From Saprolegnia diclina VS20 (Eukaryota), in assembly GCF_000281045.1 (NCBI RefSeq), contig NW_008246129.1, forward strand, positions 81,316-145,315: a stretch of DNA of 64,000 nt, written 5' to 3'. This document shows positions 12,181 through 24,720 of this stretch, one piece after another. A program made the position numbers and the translations under genes. The notes beneath the pieces were generated by a model that worked only from the letters and a program-made list of their open reading frames with translations, was not told the origin of the DNA and made no database searches. How positions within the stretch are numbered: the first letter of the stretch is position 1; each line of letters starts with the position of its first letter.

Positions 12181-15100
12181 TTAGGTGTATTTTGACCTCC
12201 AATAGCCTTGCCGATACCACAGGCTGCGCTGGTCGGCCGTGTCGATCACCGGTATCCACTCACTCGATGATCGTTGCAAGCCCACGTCTTCCATGGACCG
12301 TATGAGTCGCTGCTTCTCTTCGAGGAGGTGAGCGCCAGAGGGTGCTGTCTCTGGCAGCGGGGTCTCTGGTGCAGGCTTGTAGTCGCTCACGTAACTGGAT
12401 CGTGGAGCCGGCGGCGGTGTCGTCGACGCTTCAAAAAGCTGTTGGAACTGGGCGTGAAGGACGCCAAGCTGGTGTTGCAGGTGTGATGAGAGCTGCGGAT
12501 CCGTCGCCACATTGGTGGGTGCCGGCGATACGACCTGCGGAGGCGGTGGGAACGTTCCGTGCAGCGGTCGCTGCGTCAGGTAGACTCGAATCGTATGCAG
12601 CTGTTCCTAGGTCCTTCATTGTGCGCAAGTGTCGGTTGATTCCTCCCACGAATATACCATGAGGTGTTTGTTGTTGTCTTCGAGACGCGAGATTTCCTTG
12701 GTGAGAAAGTCCTTCTCGGACGCAAACGTTTGTATCTGGCGCTCGAGGTCGCGCTTCGCTTCGTGCCAATGCGCTTCCCGCGTCGTTGTTTGCTGGCGCT
12801 CTTGTAGCCAGCTGTCTTGGTACTCGGCCTTGATCTTCTCGACCATGTCGTCGCACCGCTTCTTCCACTCGTCGCTCGCGCTAGCTCCACAGCTGTAAGA
12901 ATGCAACGCAAAACAGCATCATAGTGTACCGCTGCGTGGCGGCGGCAGCAAGCTGCGGGATCTGTGCCGTCCACTGCTTCTTGGCGTTGTCCGCTTCCGC
13001 GGCCCAGAGACGCTCGGCCTGGGTTTTGACCGACACTTCGTTGGCCAGCGCCCGCTCAAGCTCGATAATCTTTTGCTCGAGCAGCTTGGTTTGGCCCCGA
13101 AGTTCGTTGATCAAATGGTGGTTCTCGCCTTCAATGTTGCGGGCCTTCGCACGACCAAGCTCTTCCTTACTAAACAAGGTATCGATGAGTATATCCAAAA
13201 CACATACATTCGTACATTTCCAAGAGCTCCGTGTCCCGCTGCTCGACGCGGCTCACTTCTTTGAGGCGCCACTTTTCCGCTGTCGAAAACTTTTCTTCGG
13301 CGCGCGAAATGTCATATTCGAGCCTACCAATGGTTGATCATCATCGAATACAAGGCCAAAGACAATATTGTCACGGGACACAGTACAAGAAAGGTGCATA
13401 TGGAATGCCTACCGTGCATTTTGGCTCTCAAGCTCTCGGATGCGGTATAAATACTTGTCGAGGTCGGTCCGGTGCTACGCCAGTATTTTGAAATCGGACA
13501 ATGCATCGATCGACTGTACCTCGGCTCGAAGCGTCTGAATCTGGGCGTCCATGGCTCCAATTTTTTTTTCAATGCTGACTTTTTCACCCGCGAGCATCTC
13601 GAACCGCTGCTTTTCCATAAACTCCTTGCGCGCGTACTCCTCGATTTGCACTAGAGCATGCCATGAGTCACCAGTCTCTGGAGGTGTAGGCAGTGCAACC
13701 TTTGTATTGCATGAGCTGCGAAGTGTCCACCGACTGCGCTTGCTTCAGGTTCCGAAGCTCAAACTCCAAATTTGCTTTTTGATCCCGAACACGGCCCAGG
13801 TCCAGATTGAGGCTTTCGTTGTCCTTCTTTAATGCTTGGACTTCGCCAAACTGGCCCAGGGCGCGCTCCTTCTCGCGCCGCATCTAGGCACAAGAGGCAT
13901 GCTTAAGCCGCGACCAAACAAGGGCACGCACCTCGTTGAGAGCGTCGTTGGCGACCGAGAGCGCATGGGCGTGGGCCTCCTTCTCTGCTTTTGCAGCGAC
14001 CCCAAGCGTCTCCAAATCGCGCTGGACGGCTTGCAGTCGGTCTTGCCTACACATATTATGTCGCACGCACATCTTGCATCCTGTTTGTACCAGGATTTCA
14101 CACTCTGTTCCAAAAGCCGCTTTTCGTCCGCGAACGCCATTGTTGCCGAGCGTTCCTTGTCTTCGAGTCGGCGCACATGTAGAGCCTGTTGCAGACCGTG
14201 ACAATCAGCTTTTCAAGCCTGGAAGTTGCCATCACCAGCTCGTCGCCGTGCGCAGTGGCAGTGCGCCATTTGTCCTTGGTGTCTTGAAGCTGACGCTCCA
14301 CGTCTTGCAGCTGCTGCGACATGTCATCGGTCGCTTTCGCCTGGAGCTTGAGCTTGGCCTCGAGCTGACTCGTTTGTGCGTCGAGCTGGTCGCGCTGCGA
14401 GGCTTGTGCGGCGTCCGCTTCGCTGCATTTCTTTTGTGCAAGCGCCAGTGCTGCTATAGTCTCGGCGTGGACAGCATTCTACACCTTAGCATGAGCGATG
14501 GCGTTGCAACAGAATGTTCGCATACGAGGTCCTCGACAACTTTGGCGTGATCCTTGGCTGTTTTGAGGGCGTCGTCTTCGAGCTCCGAAATGCGCTTCTT
14601 GAGCTTCTCAAGCTCGCCAGTCGAGTGCTGGAGTGTAATGTTGGTTGCTTGGCGCAGCAAGAGCTGCTCCTGCAGCGCTTCCACCTAACCGTTCGGTTGA
14701 ATCTTGCTTTATGCAAAGCACGCCAATACTTCGATTGCATGCTCCTTCTTGAGCGCTGCGAGCGAGTCCTCGCGCTTTTGGATGGCGCGACTGTGCTCGT
14801 CTTTGGCTGTTTCGAGCTGCGCTTGCGCCTCGGCTATTTCTTTGGTCTTGGCGTCCACGTCAGCGCGAAGCCCGTCGAGGGCACGGGACGCGTCCGGATC
14901 GCCCTTTGTTGTCTGCGCCTCGAGCGCTGCGACCTTGGTTTTGAGCTCGTTGATCTTCATGCGCAGGTAGTTGGCTTCTTTTGCTTCCGTCTCGGCGGCC
15001 TCCTTTCCCCGACGCAGCGTCTCGTTCTCTTGGTTGAGTTTGTCACGCGTGGTCTTGGCTTGCTTCTCAGCCGTCTCATGGCTCTTTTTGAGCTGGGCGA

Positions 15101-15873
15101 TCTCGGCGCGAAGGGTTTCGATCTGTTTCTCGGCCTCCTTGTTGGTACTCGTAGGTACGGTGCTGCCCATTGTCTTGATCGCTGTCGTTGCCGTCGTTGT
15201 CACTGTCGGTGCCATGGGCGTCGAGAGCAGTGGCGTCGGCGTCGGCACCGCTTTCGACACTACCGTGTGCTCCTCTGTCTTTTTGATGGATGACACGATG
15301 CTAAAACTTTTGGGCATCGGCGTTGGCGACGGCTAATGCGATATAAACACTCGTTGACAGGCAGATGTACATACCACATCAAAGTCGTCTTCGTCGTCGA
15401 GAAGCCACGCCTTCGAGTCTTTCCCAAAGGCCGATCCGGCGCTCGTGACCGGCGCTGGCTTGTTGGAAGTGATGTCTTCGATCGTGTCGACCATGTCGAA
15501 TTCATGCACCGACGTCTGGCGCCGGCCGAGATCCTTCTTGGGCGCGCTATTGAATGCGAGCTTCTTGGCGTCCTCTTCCTTCTTCTTCGCAATCATCTCC
15601 TTGTAGTGGCCGTCCATCGGGTGCTCCCAAATGCTCTCTTCACTGTTGACGTTGAAGTAGTAGATCGTGCCATCGTCCGTCTCGCCTACGACAGACTTGA
15701 ACGAAGTCCATCGCCACAACCACAGAAAAACCTTGCTCCCAGTCGTCAGGTAGCGGCGCTGTTAGCGCCTCCTCCACGATCCAGAGATATTGTGCTTCTT
15801 GGATCGGGTCGAGTCCCAGCGTCCGCGCATGTTCGTGCAGCGCCTCCTTGTACTCGGGGCTCGACTTGTCCAT
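12181..15873 (-). CDS. CEP164: CEP164-like centriolar distal appendage protein (N-terminal WW + long coiled coil), many introns
   Basis: Spliced N-terminus HARTLGLDPIQEAQYLWIVEEALTAPLPDDWEQG|ETDDGTIYYFNVNSEESIWEHPMDGHY matches the CEP164 N-terminal/WW region; the rest is coiled coil. Confidence 0.75.
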
Positions 15874-16338
15874 GGCCCCGCAGTAGCCGCCTATTCATAG
15901 GCGACCGTTTCCTCACCACCGTCGAATGCATTGATGATAGCAATCCTATGTTGTCCGTCGCTTGTGTAGTTACATTCTTCCATCGTGAAGTTGGAGCTAC
16001 CAAGACGCTCGACGCCTTCGTGCGACCTCTCCCCCAAGTAGTCTCGTGCCCGAGCACGCATTTCATACCTTCGACGATACAAAGCTTCGGCCGTGACTGC
16101 ACGTTACCGACAACCCGACAAACGTGCAGTGCATGTGGCTGCAATAGTGACAAGCAAAAGTCACCAGTACTCAGCGACTCGATGAAACGTGGGGTTCATG
16201 CGCGCAGCGTGCTCGGCGACAACAAGGCTCCATCCCGAGCTCAACGCACGAATGATGATTGCAGTTGTCTCTTGGCTTCCAAGTCAAGAAATACGAGGTC
16301 AACGGTATCGGTTACACTTGTTTTCTGGGTGGCGGAAC

Positions 16339-17742
16339 ATGCTCCCATGCCTCGCACCTGCCCCCAAAGCTCTGGAATCTCGCGCGCCATCGCTTGCGCA
16401 CACGGACGCTCATATCGACAACGAAGTCGCTCGCTTGCGCAGCTTGCATATCGCCGACGTTCCGCGCATGAGCGATCTTAGCGTCTTCCGCGTTCGCCGC
16501 GACGCCCTTGGTACGCCTTGTACGATAGAGAAGGCACTATTCACCGGCGGTCTAGATGTCAGTGCAACGGGCCGCTCGACGCTCTATACATTGCAGAAAG
16601 CTCGACTCGAGATGGAGCGACGCCGACCTGCTTCGTTTGCTTTTGCTTTGCCGCCCTCCGCCCTGGAGCCGTCGCCTCGTCCATCCCCACGCTTTGTGGC
16701 ACCCGTCGTCGCATCACCGCGAGCTTCCGTGCAGGCTGAGCCACGAGCACCGATGCCAACTCAAGAGAGTCACGGCATCAACACCAGTCCTCGAAGGCAG
16801 CACTATCACGTGACGTACCGCGCGAATGCATTGCAAGCTCCAGAGAGCGTCTGCACGCACAACGACGCGGCGCATAGTAACAACGACACGGAACGGCAAC
16901 GACCGCGGCGAAGACGACATGTCAAGTCAACGCGACAGCCGCAGTTGTCGTGCCCGCTGCCAATCAACCCGATCGACCCGCGGGACCGACTACTGCAGCT
17001 CCACGACATTTCCGAGTTTGACTTGCGCGTGTGCCACTCGCCGCGGGCCGTGACCGCGTACCACGGCCACCTGAGCGACTACAACCTCGAGGAGCTCATG
17101 GCCAAAACGGGATTCACGCGGCTCGAGCTCTATACGCTCTGGAGCCGCTTCAAGGCGCTCTGTTCGCTCTCGCGGTCGCCCGCCGGCGTCGACCAAGCCA
17201 CGTTTCGGCGCGCCGTGCCGCTGCTGTCCGTGGAGGACGAGATGTTTGTGGACCGCGTCTTTGCCATCTTGGATGACGATTACTCGGGCGTCATCGAGTG
17301 GCGCGAGTTCATTCGCGCCATGTCAGCGCTCGAGAAGGGCGACTTGCGCGCGCGGATCGTGTTTTTGTTTGAAGTTTACGATCTAAACGGCGACGAAAAG
17401 CTCAGTCGCGACGAACTCATGGCGTTCTTCATATCGGGCCTCATGGTTTCGTCCGACGACAAGAACGTGCAGGACATGGCGCAGCACTTTGCCGACGAAA
17501 TCCTCTTGGCGCTGGGCGTCACGCCGGCTGAAGGCGCGACCATTTCGATCCCGGAGGTCGCGGCGTTCATCGAGAAGGCCGAAATGGAAGACATCTACTC
17601 GATCTTTGGCCGCACGATGCTCAACGAGCTCGACAAGCAAACGCCCAAGCCGGACGCGGACCTCGCATTGGTCAACGAGACGCTCGAGACGACCTCGATT
17701 GTGTACCGCATGTCGCACACGATGCGCATGGACAACGTTTGA
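16339..17742 (+). CDS. Calcineurin B-like / NCS-type EF-hand protein with long low-complexity N-terminus
   Basis: LMAKTGFTRLELYTLWSRFKAL; EF loops DDDYSGVIEWRE and DLNGDEKLSRDE; FVDRVFAIL. Confidence 0.8.
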   Translation: MLPCLAPAPKALESRAPSLAHTDAHIDNEVARLRSLHIADVPRMSDLSVFRVRRDALGTPCTIEKALFTGGLDVSATGRSTLYTLQKARLEMERRRPASFAFALPPSALEPSPRPSPRFVAPVVASPRASVQAEPRAPMPTQESHGINTSPRRQHYHVTYRANALQAPESVCTHNDAAHSNNDTERQRPRRRRHVKSTRQPQLSCPLPINPIDPRDRLLQLHDISEFDLRVCHSPRAVTAYHGHLSDYNLEELMAKTGFTRLELYTLWSRFKALCSLSRSPAGVDQATFRRAVPLLSVEDEMFVDRVFAILDDDYSGVIEWREFIRAMSALEKGDLRARIVFLFEVYDLNGDEKLSRDELMAFFISGLMVSSDDKNVQDMAQHFADEILLALGVTPAEGATISIPEVAAFIEKAEMEDIYSIFGRTMLNELDKQTPKPDADLALVNETLETTSIVYRMSHTMRMDNV

Positions 17743-19042
17743 CCATTCTAACGTTAACGTTACCAGTACAGCTCGAAATTGTGCGCGAAGCCAACCTCGA
17801 GAGATTTGGTCCATAACTCAATGCAATTGTAGTACTTGGACAAAAGAGGGCGCGATGGGAGCTGACAGAACGGAACGGACAGTGCGAGCTGGTTGTCAAC
17901 ATTTGGTGCTCGCAAAGAGGTACCCCGGGCGTCCAGGAGAAGTGAAATGGTCAGATACACTGGTTCCCACCGTTTTGGCTCTATGTTCGGCCAAATTCAG
18001 CTCATTTGCATTGGCGTCCTTGTTCATTTTGTCCATTGTCACCGCCTTTGAATACGTTCGAGTATCACGGCTGATTCTTATGCTTTCGAAAGCAGCCGTG
18101 GACGCGCCATGGTTGCGTCCGAAGTACGCTGATATCATCAGCTATCACCTCAATGGTGGCGAATTCAGGCAGCTAGGTCTTCTAGTAACGTTAGTCGACG
18201 ACAGCAAATAAAACCGCTGGAGCTCCGCGTTGATCAGGCAGCCCTGGTCTCGACAACCCCCGTTCGCCAAAACACCGGAACCTCGTTGCGGGATCCCTGC
18301 CATTCCCAATTAAAAGTCGCAGTCCACACCAACTCTGGTGCCAGTACGCGGTATCCGGGGTACTTTCATTTATCATGAGAAATTCCTCCACAAAAAAAGA
18401 ATACGACTTGGGTGCCAAGACTGTACTCAGGAATGACTCATCGTGATCATATAACACAATCCGCTGATCGGGCGTCGATTACTTGCCGCGCCTCCTAGAA
18501 GCCGTTGGAGAAGCATGGCTACTTGACGATATGTACTGTAGATGTCCACGACTACACGCCCACGATCGTAATATGTGGTCACCCAAGACTCCAAGCCAGG
18601 CAAGGCCAGCGGTGGTCGGACAGGCCGTGTGGCCAGATGCCGTCGTAGCTACCAAGAGAAGGGCGGCAATATCTGGCCCGTTGCAAGGGGACGCGACGAC
18701 ACAGGTGACGCAAGCGACCGCGTGGCTGCTTCAAAGGTGACGTCGACACACACCAGACAAGGGCTACATTGCGAGAGCAGCTAGCACCAAGCGTGGTCCT
18801 TGCCGTCGCGCGACGGTCCTCGTCGGTTGGTGCTCGCCGTAAACGAGACAGGCGACCGCTTCACGCAGACGGCACGAGCTTCAACTTGAATATCAGCGCT
18901 GCTTGCAGCCAATTGCCGTTTTTTGCGCGAGATTCGCTTTTTGATTGGACGATAGGAAGGTATTTTATCCAATCGTATGGCGGTTCCGAGATCTTTCCCT
19001 GAACAAACGAACCCATGTCACACTCGCAGAATTCAACCGTCG

Positions 19043-21211
19043 ATGACGAGCTACGGCAGCATCGCCCTCAACGCGCCGGACGCCGTCGACACCACGCGCA
19101 GCCAGCGCCAGCGGCTCGCGGTCGCCGCCACCGGCCTCGTCGCGCTCACAGCTGCGGGCGCGCTGGTCGCATGGAGCCTCGCGCCGACGCCAGCGGCCTG
19201 GGACGTCGTCGTCGTTGGTGGCGGGCCCGCCGGCCTCGTCGCCGCCGAGTACTTGTCACGCGACCCTAGCATCTCAGTGCTGCTCCTTGAAGCCGGCGGT
19301 CCCAGCCTCCAGGTATCCACTACTTCTCTTAATGCATGGCTCAGCGTGATGGTGCGGTAGTGCACAGGGGGTACCATGGTGCCCGAGTACGCTGCTTCGA
19401 CGGGCTGGACGCTCTTTGACATCCCCGGTGCGTCGACCCGTCTTTTGCGTGCGAATTACATTGGTGCTCAGCTACACGTAGGCGAGTACGCGCATGTAGC
19501 GTTCGGCTTGCCAAAGTCGGTGACCGACGTCTGGCGCATCGACGAGCTGTCCTCGCCGCAGAACCACCTAGCCAAGATCCTTGGCGGCTCGTCGTCCATC
19601 AACGCAGCGTTGTACTTTCGCACACCCGACAACTACGTCGACGAGATCGACTGGCCCGTGTCGGCGACGACCGTCCGCAACGGGTATTATACTTCCTCCC
19701 CGTATCCTTTCCACGGTTCAACGATGAGCTAGCTTTGCAGCGATCGAGCGCTTCTTTGGATGGACAGACACGCCGTCAATGGACGGACGCCGGTACGCCC
19801 AAGGCGTCTACAACACGCTCGCGTCGGCCTTGCAGCTGGCCAACTATTCGGAGCACGATCTGAACCATGACACGAATGCAAAGCACCGCGTCTTTGGACA
19901 TCCTCCCTTTACGGTCAAGGACGGGTCCGTCTCGCTCGCTGAGTTTGGGCTCCTAACAAAGTACGTAGACTGCGGGACTCGCCCGCCAAGACCTTTCTCG
20001 GAGCGATGGCCCACCGACCAAACTTTGCGCTGCGACTTGGCGCACGCGTCGAGCAAATCGTGCATGCCAACGGCAAGGCCACCCACGTGCTCTACAAGGA
20101 AGACGCTGCCAATGCGGCATCCGTACACGATCTTTCGGCTGCAAAATACCATTTGTAATCTATGGGTAGGTGATGCATGAAGCCATCCTCAGTGCTCGCG
20201 GCGCCGTCCTCGTGGCCACGGGCGCGCTCTTGTCGCCGCGTTTGCTCCTGCAATCGGGCATCGGCCCCCTCAGCCAACGCGACCTCGTGCGCATTTTCGT
20301 TCCTGTGAATGAGAGGGTGACGCAGCAAACATAGGTCACGAAGCGTCCGCTGCCGTCGCCGCTTCGAGCGGACGCGTGGCTGCAGAACGAGAACGTGGGC
20401 GCCCACATCTTTGACGCGCACCAAGTGGCTCTGACGTTCCGCACAGCCAACGTCTCGAATAGCTCGGGCTTTGGCTTTGACTACATGCGCCCGTCGCCCT
20501 CCGTTTTGGACCAGTTTGTAAAGACGCGGTCGGGCCCCATGGCGAGCGCCAACCCTGTGCTCATTGCGTACGAGACGGTCGCCGATGCCTTCTCGGGCCA
20601 CAGCTTCCAGTTTCAGCTCTCGGTCTTCCCGCACGTTATGCCCAACCTGGAGTTATCGCCGCCCGCGAACGACCAGGAAATGGACTGGACCATTTGCTTT
20701 ACGCTCAACAACCCGCTCTCGCGGGACCGCGCGGGGTTCTTTCCCAACGGAAGTTACTCGGGAGCGATGGCGGGGCACCTCTACTGGTCGCACCCGGCCG
20801 ACGCGCGCATGATGGCAACGTTCATCCAGAGCACCATCGACCAGATTGCGGCATACTCCAAGCAGGCGACCGTCCCCGTCTTTCCAGCGCCTTCGGTATC
20901 CCAGAGTTGGTGCTGGCGGAAGAGTCACGTCGTGTATGTAGGCGCTGCAGTGGGCGACGTGGGCGACCAATCGAACGTCGTGGATTGTGCAGCACACGCT
21001 TATCACAGATCACTTTGGCGGCGCTTGCATCGTTGCGTCCAACCGCAGCAACGACCGGTGTGCGGACGAGACCTTCCGCGTGCTCGGCACATCCAACGTG
21101 TTTGTGGGCGACGGCAGCGTCGTCAAGAGCGGCAACGTCAACCCGTATGGCTTTGTCATGTACACGGGGTACGAGGCCGCCACGCACGTCGACGCTTATC
21201 TGCGCGCGTGA
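19043..21211 (+). CDS. GMC oxidoreductase, cellobiose dehydrogenase-like flavin domain with N-terminal signal anchor, multi-exon
   Basis: WDVVVVGGGPAG...VLLLEAGGPS; WTLFDIPG; KILGGSSSINAALYFR; LLQSGIGP; catalytic His (TDHFGG) and Asn (VNPY). Confidence 0.85.
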
Positions 21212-21499
21212 CCAACTAGACTTTGCATTTGAAATATAAATTTACGTGTATATACCAACGATTTAGATTGTTCTGACCGCGCGTTCGACGAAGGGTAGTA
21301 GGGTTTACGGCTTGTAGCACTCACGACCCTCCAGTCGAGTTGATGTGATGGAAGGGCGCGTGCCTAGCTCTTTTCTCCACGCTGCATGACTGTTCCAACG
21401 CCGCACATGCAGCTCGAGTAGGAAACAAAGAGGCCGGAAAGGAATACACGTTGCGAGAACGTTAAGTTGCTTCGAGGTCGGACTCGGAGAGCTACCGAC

Positions 21500-23504
21500 A
21501 CCCCATTTTTGGTCACGCCACGTGACAAGAGCTATCTGTACCTGCAGCGTGCGGGCGATGGCCTCGGAAAAATTGAAGCGGGTGCGCGCCGGAGGCTTCC
21601 CGCGAACACGCGCGCCCGCTTGTTTCCTCTGATCGCTTTATCAGTGCCGAGTGACCGTGACATATGCGGAAGCGCACCACTTGGTTGACTTTGATGGGAC
21701 TCGTGGAGGCGATCGGGAGAGTCACGGGCGGCGACGGAGACCCGAGTGGTTTCTACGTTTCTGTGACGCCAAGTTCAGTAAGCACTCGCACCAATGGCTT
21801 GAGGGGAGAAAGCGGCAAGGGTGGCAACGATGTCGACTCGGTGGGTCTACGCACCGGCACGGACATCCTTTGGCTACCAGCATAGTCGTTGACGTACGTG
21901 GAAGGCTCTTCTTGCAGGGTTGGCGCGCTACCGTCCGTGGTTGTCTACGCCGGCGCGTGCTTTCCACATGTGCACCACATGCCTTACGTTGTAGTTGTGG
22001 GCTTTCAGGCGCGAGTTGCGACTCGGTATTCGCTTGCTGCCGTGCTTGACTTTCTTTCCTGGGTACACGACCTTGACGCCGACTTCGATCCGCCCCGTTT
22101 CGATCTGTGGCAAGTGAAAGAGCGGCAGAGGCTCGCCCGGTGCTGGCTTCTCGACCGACGGCTACGCAACCCGCGTCTTCAGACGATGCAGCAACAACGG
22201 CAAGTCGAGATACCTCTGCGACGGTGGGCACCTGCGACGGACGCCGGTGCTTTGGCGACGGTTTGATCGACGGCGACCGGTGGACCTCGGGCGGCGCGGC
22301 TTCTGGGGTTGCAATGTTGTACGGAAGGTCCAATGTCAAATGCAGCGGCAAATTGCGCAATGGCGGGGCTGCCGCCGAGATGTGGCCGCCGTCACCGTCG
22401 TGGTGCGGTCGTTCAAGGAGCTCCTTCTTGCGTTTGGCCACGAGCTCGTCGTGCTGGCGCGTCGCTTCAACGGCTTCGAGGTACGCGAGAATGTCCCGTC
22501 GGCGGGCGAGCTCTCGGGGCGACAGCTGCCGCGGCGTGCCGAGCGAAAAGATGTTGGAAAACGTCGTGCTGTCAGAGGCGCGGTCGTCCCGCGTCGCGTC
22601 GAGCTTGATCTCGACGTCCTCCAAATTCAGCTTGTTGGAGACGATCCCTGCTGCGATCGTGATGCGTCCGCCACGACCAACAAACGTGCCGCGGACTGTC
22701 GACTGTTTGTTGTTATCGGGTGACACGGGTGGCGGCTGCGGCCGCGCGGGTACCTCGTGCGGCGTGTGTACGTCCATGGGGTAGCTCTTCGGTTCCATTG
22801 GGCACGCAAAAGCGACAGTTGGCACAAAGCTGCTCGTGCGCACCGCGCTTTTGACCTGTTTCTCGGCGGCCTTGAGTGCTTTTGCGCACACCTTGGTCAG
22901 TTCTGGCGCCGTGATCGATTGGCCGTGGGCGTGCGCGGCCATGAAGGTCACCTAGGGTGTCGCCTCAAGCGCTTGTTGAAGGAGGAGACGGCACCTCGGC
23001 TGGGGACAAGAAAAGTGGGAGCGACCCTAGCACGGAGGCAAACTCGACGTCGCCGCAGACGTGCCCGTCGCCGTCGATGCTCACGGTGGCAACAATCTTC
23101 CGGACACTGGTCGGGTTTTGCTGGCAGTAGGAGAGCGTTCGCTGAATGGCGTGGACCAATGGCGCGGTATCTGTCGCTGCGTGGACGACCGTGGACACGG
23201 GGACGTCAGCACACGCGTCAAAGCTCGCCGAGCTGGCGATGGTGATCATGGCTTGGATGTCAAACACCTCTTGCACAAGGCGCTGGCTCACACTGCGCAG
23301 CTACAATTACCACAGCCCACGTGAGCGCAAGCGTCCGAGTACTACGATGCCACGTACAACTGCGGCGGTGAGTGCCGTTGTTTGCGAGATGACGCCGACG
23401 TGGTCGATGACGTCGGCGAGCATCTCCATGGCCACGTCGTCGCTAGTCTCGAGGCAGAATGGCTTGCGCTCGTCCGGCGCCTCCGTGGGCGCGTCGGCGT
23501 CCAT
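21500..23504 (-). CDS. Hypothetical multi-exon protein; 3' end uncertain
   Basis: Chain of coding-like ORFs (23504-23307, 23291-22965, 22951-~21930) separated by short GT-AG gaps; no recognised domain. Confidence 0.45.
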
Positions 23505-24720
23505 CGTCGGTGTGCCAGTGCTGGCGACGGGGTCTATTTCAGTGCCACGACGGAAACGCCAGCGACTAAATGCAGACAACGAGGAAAGTGCAACCTCGCC
23601 AAGGCAAAGTCGACACGAGGCTGCATTCTGCTCTGACAAATGCGCCCACCCATGGCGCTCACCGCTCCATCGACGCCCCAAGCGACTGCTCACATGGAGG
23701 TGCTCATTCGCTGCATACAGCCGGCTTGAAGAGTGGAATGCGCAAGCACCTACATCTCTTGTTCTCAACGTGCTTTGCCCACGCAGCTTCCATTGTCGCC
23801 GCATTCCCGTTGTACAGCGGCCCAGGTTTGCGAACGACGAGAGGGCGGTGGTGTCTGACTAGTTGTCGAGTGTCACGTGTATTTCGGTGCTGCATGCACA
23901 ACTATATTATGTCACTGCGCGAGGACTAGCTCGACCTAATGCCCCACGAGCTCTTCTGTTTCGTCTGTCTCGAGCGGTCCTGGGACAGAGGCAAGGATAA
24001 CGCATGGACTTCGTGTGCTTTCGTGGCGGTGATGATCGCCACCGAAGTCCATATGCGATGGAACATCGGGCCGGCCCACGACCGGCCTCATCGCTGCCGT
24101 CGTCACCTCCATGCATTCCGCCCACGACGGACGATGACGTGGCTATGGCTCGACACTCTTTGGATATCATCATTTGGCGTGTTGAAGGCATGGTCAACGC
24201 CGCAGCCAATGTAGGTACCGCGAGCGTACGATCATGGCCGCGTTGCCATTGGCTTCAACGGCTTCATCGCCGACGTGGGCGCTTCCGTGCGATGGCTCCG
24301 TGCGATAGCGAGGTACGAATTACCGAGCGAATTCGTCGTACGCGATCGTTAATTCCGGCGCGCGCAGCTACTGCGGGGCGGCGGCACTCGACATTCCTTG
24401 GCATTCGTTGCCATTAAATTGGCGCTTGAAGATATTTTAATGACCTATTACACGTCTTTTAATTGGGTGAGCATACAAAGACTAAGTAAAAGGATGTCCA
24501 AGGCCGTTTGATTGGGTGCATATTTTTATTCGACGCCACCCCAATGTCATATTATTCTGTTTTTCAGCAATCTAGAAAAATAAAATGTTATCTGCATGAT
24601 ATACATGATATTAGTATGTGAGAAAAAGTATTGGAATAATAATGCGGCGGCCCATTGAAAAAAGGCCGACCACCACACAAATCCCGGCAGGCGTCAGTTG
24701 GTATTTTCCAGTCGTAGCTC

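Noticed and set aside
23570..24417. Short plus-strand ORFs between the hypothetical gene and SDH1
   Set aside because: No coherent spliced model or recognisable motif could be built
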